From Moniliella sp. 'wahieum' (Eukaryota): DNA of 20,000 nucleotides. Shown in pieces: positions 19,926 to 20,000 of this stretch. The DNA is taken from the NCBI GenBank assembly GCA_003971905.1, contig RSEE01000032.1, positions 669,509 to 689,508 on the forward strand, in the 5' to 3' direction. The notes under the pieces were generated by a model. It was not told the origin of the DNA. It was given only the letters and a program-made list of their open reading frames with translations, and ran no database searches. Within the stretch, counting starts at the first letter, position 1; each line of letters opens with the position of its first letter. The position numbers and the translations under genes are program-made.

Positions 19926-20000
19926 GCGAGCTATCGCCTCGCATAACTCTCTCCCCCTTCGGGTAGCTCGCATCTACCCTCGGCCCTCCCCTAGGGTTAG

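Overview
Eukaryotic, GC-rich, intron-poor DNA that looks fungal. Protein families, GT(G/A)xG..CT(G/A)AC..AG introns and gene density suggest a basidiomycete, possibly Ustilaginomycotina-like (inference). Gene order: a 5'-truncated hybrid histidine kinase (+, <1-3315), PEX14 (+), a secreted and probably GPI-anchored alpha/beta-hydrolase (-, one intron), a ~1.5 kb low-GC gap, an intron-containing tRNA-Glu(CTC), a Pro-rich hypothetical membrane protein (+), a mitochondrial-type Lon protease (-), and a small secreted protein (-, one intron). The last ~3 kb are gene-poor. They contain an unannotated TATA-driven spliced micro-ORF (~50 aa, -), a 3x ~29-bp minisatellite with TTAGGG units, and TAGGGTTAG at the window edge, so the region may be subtelomeric. 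Every long gene is broken by small frameshifts, many at homopolymers, which points to long-read indel errors rather than pseudogenes. CDS limits are therefore reconstructed across frames by eye.
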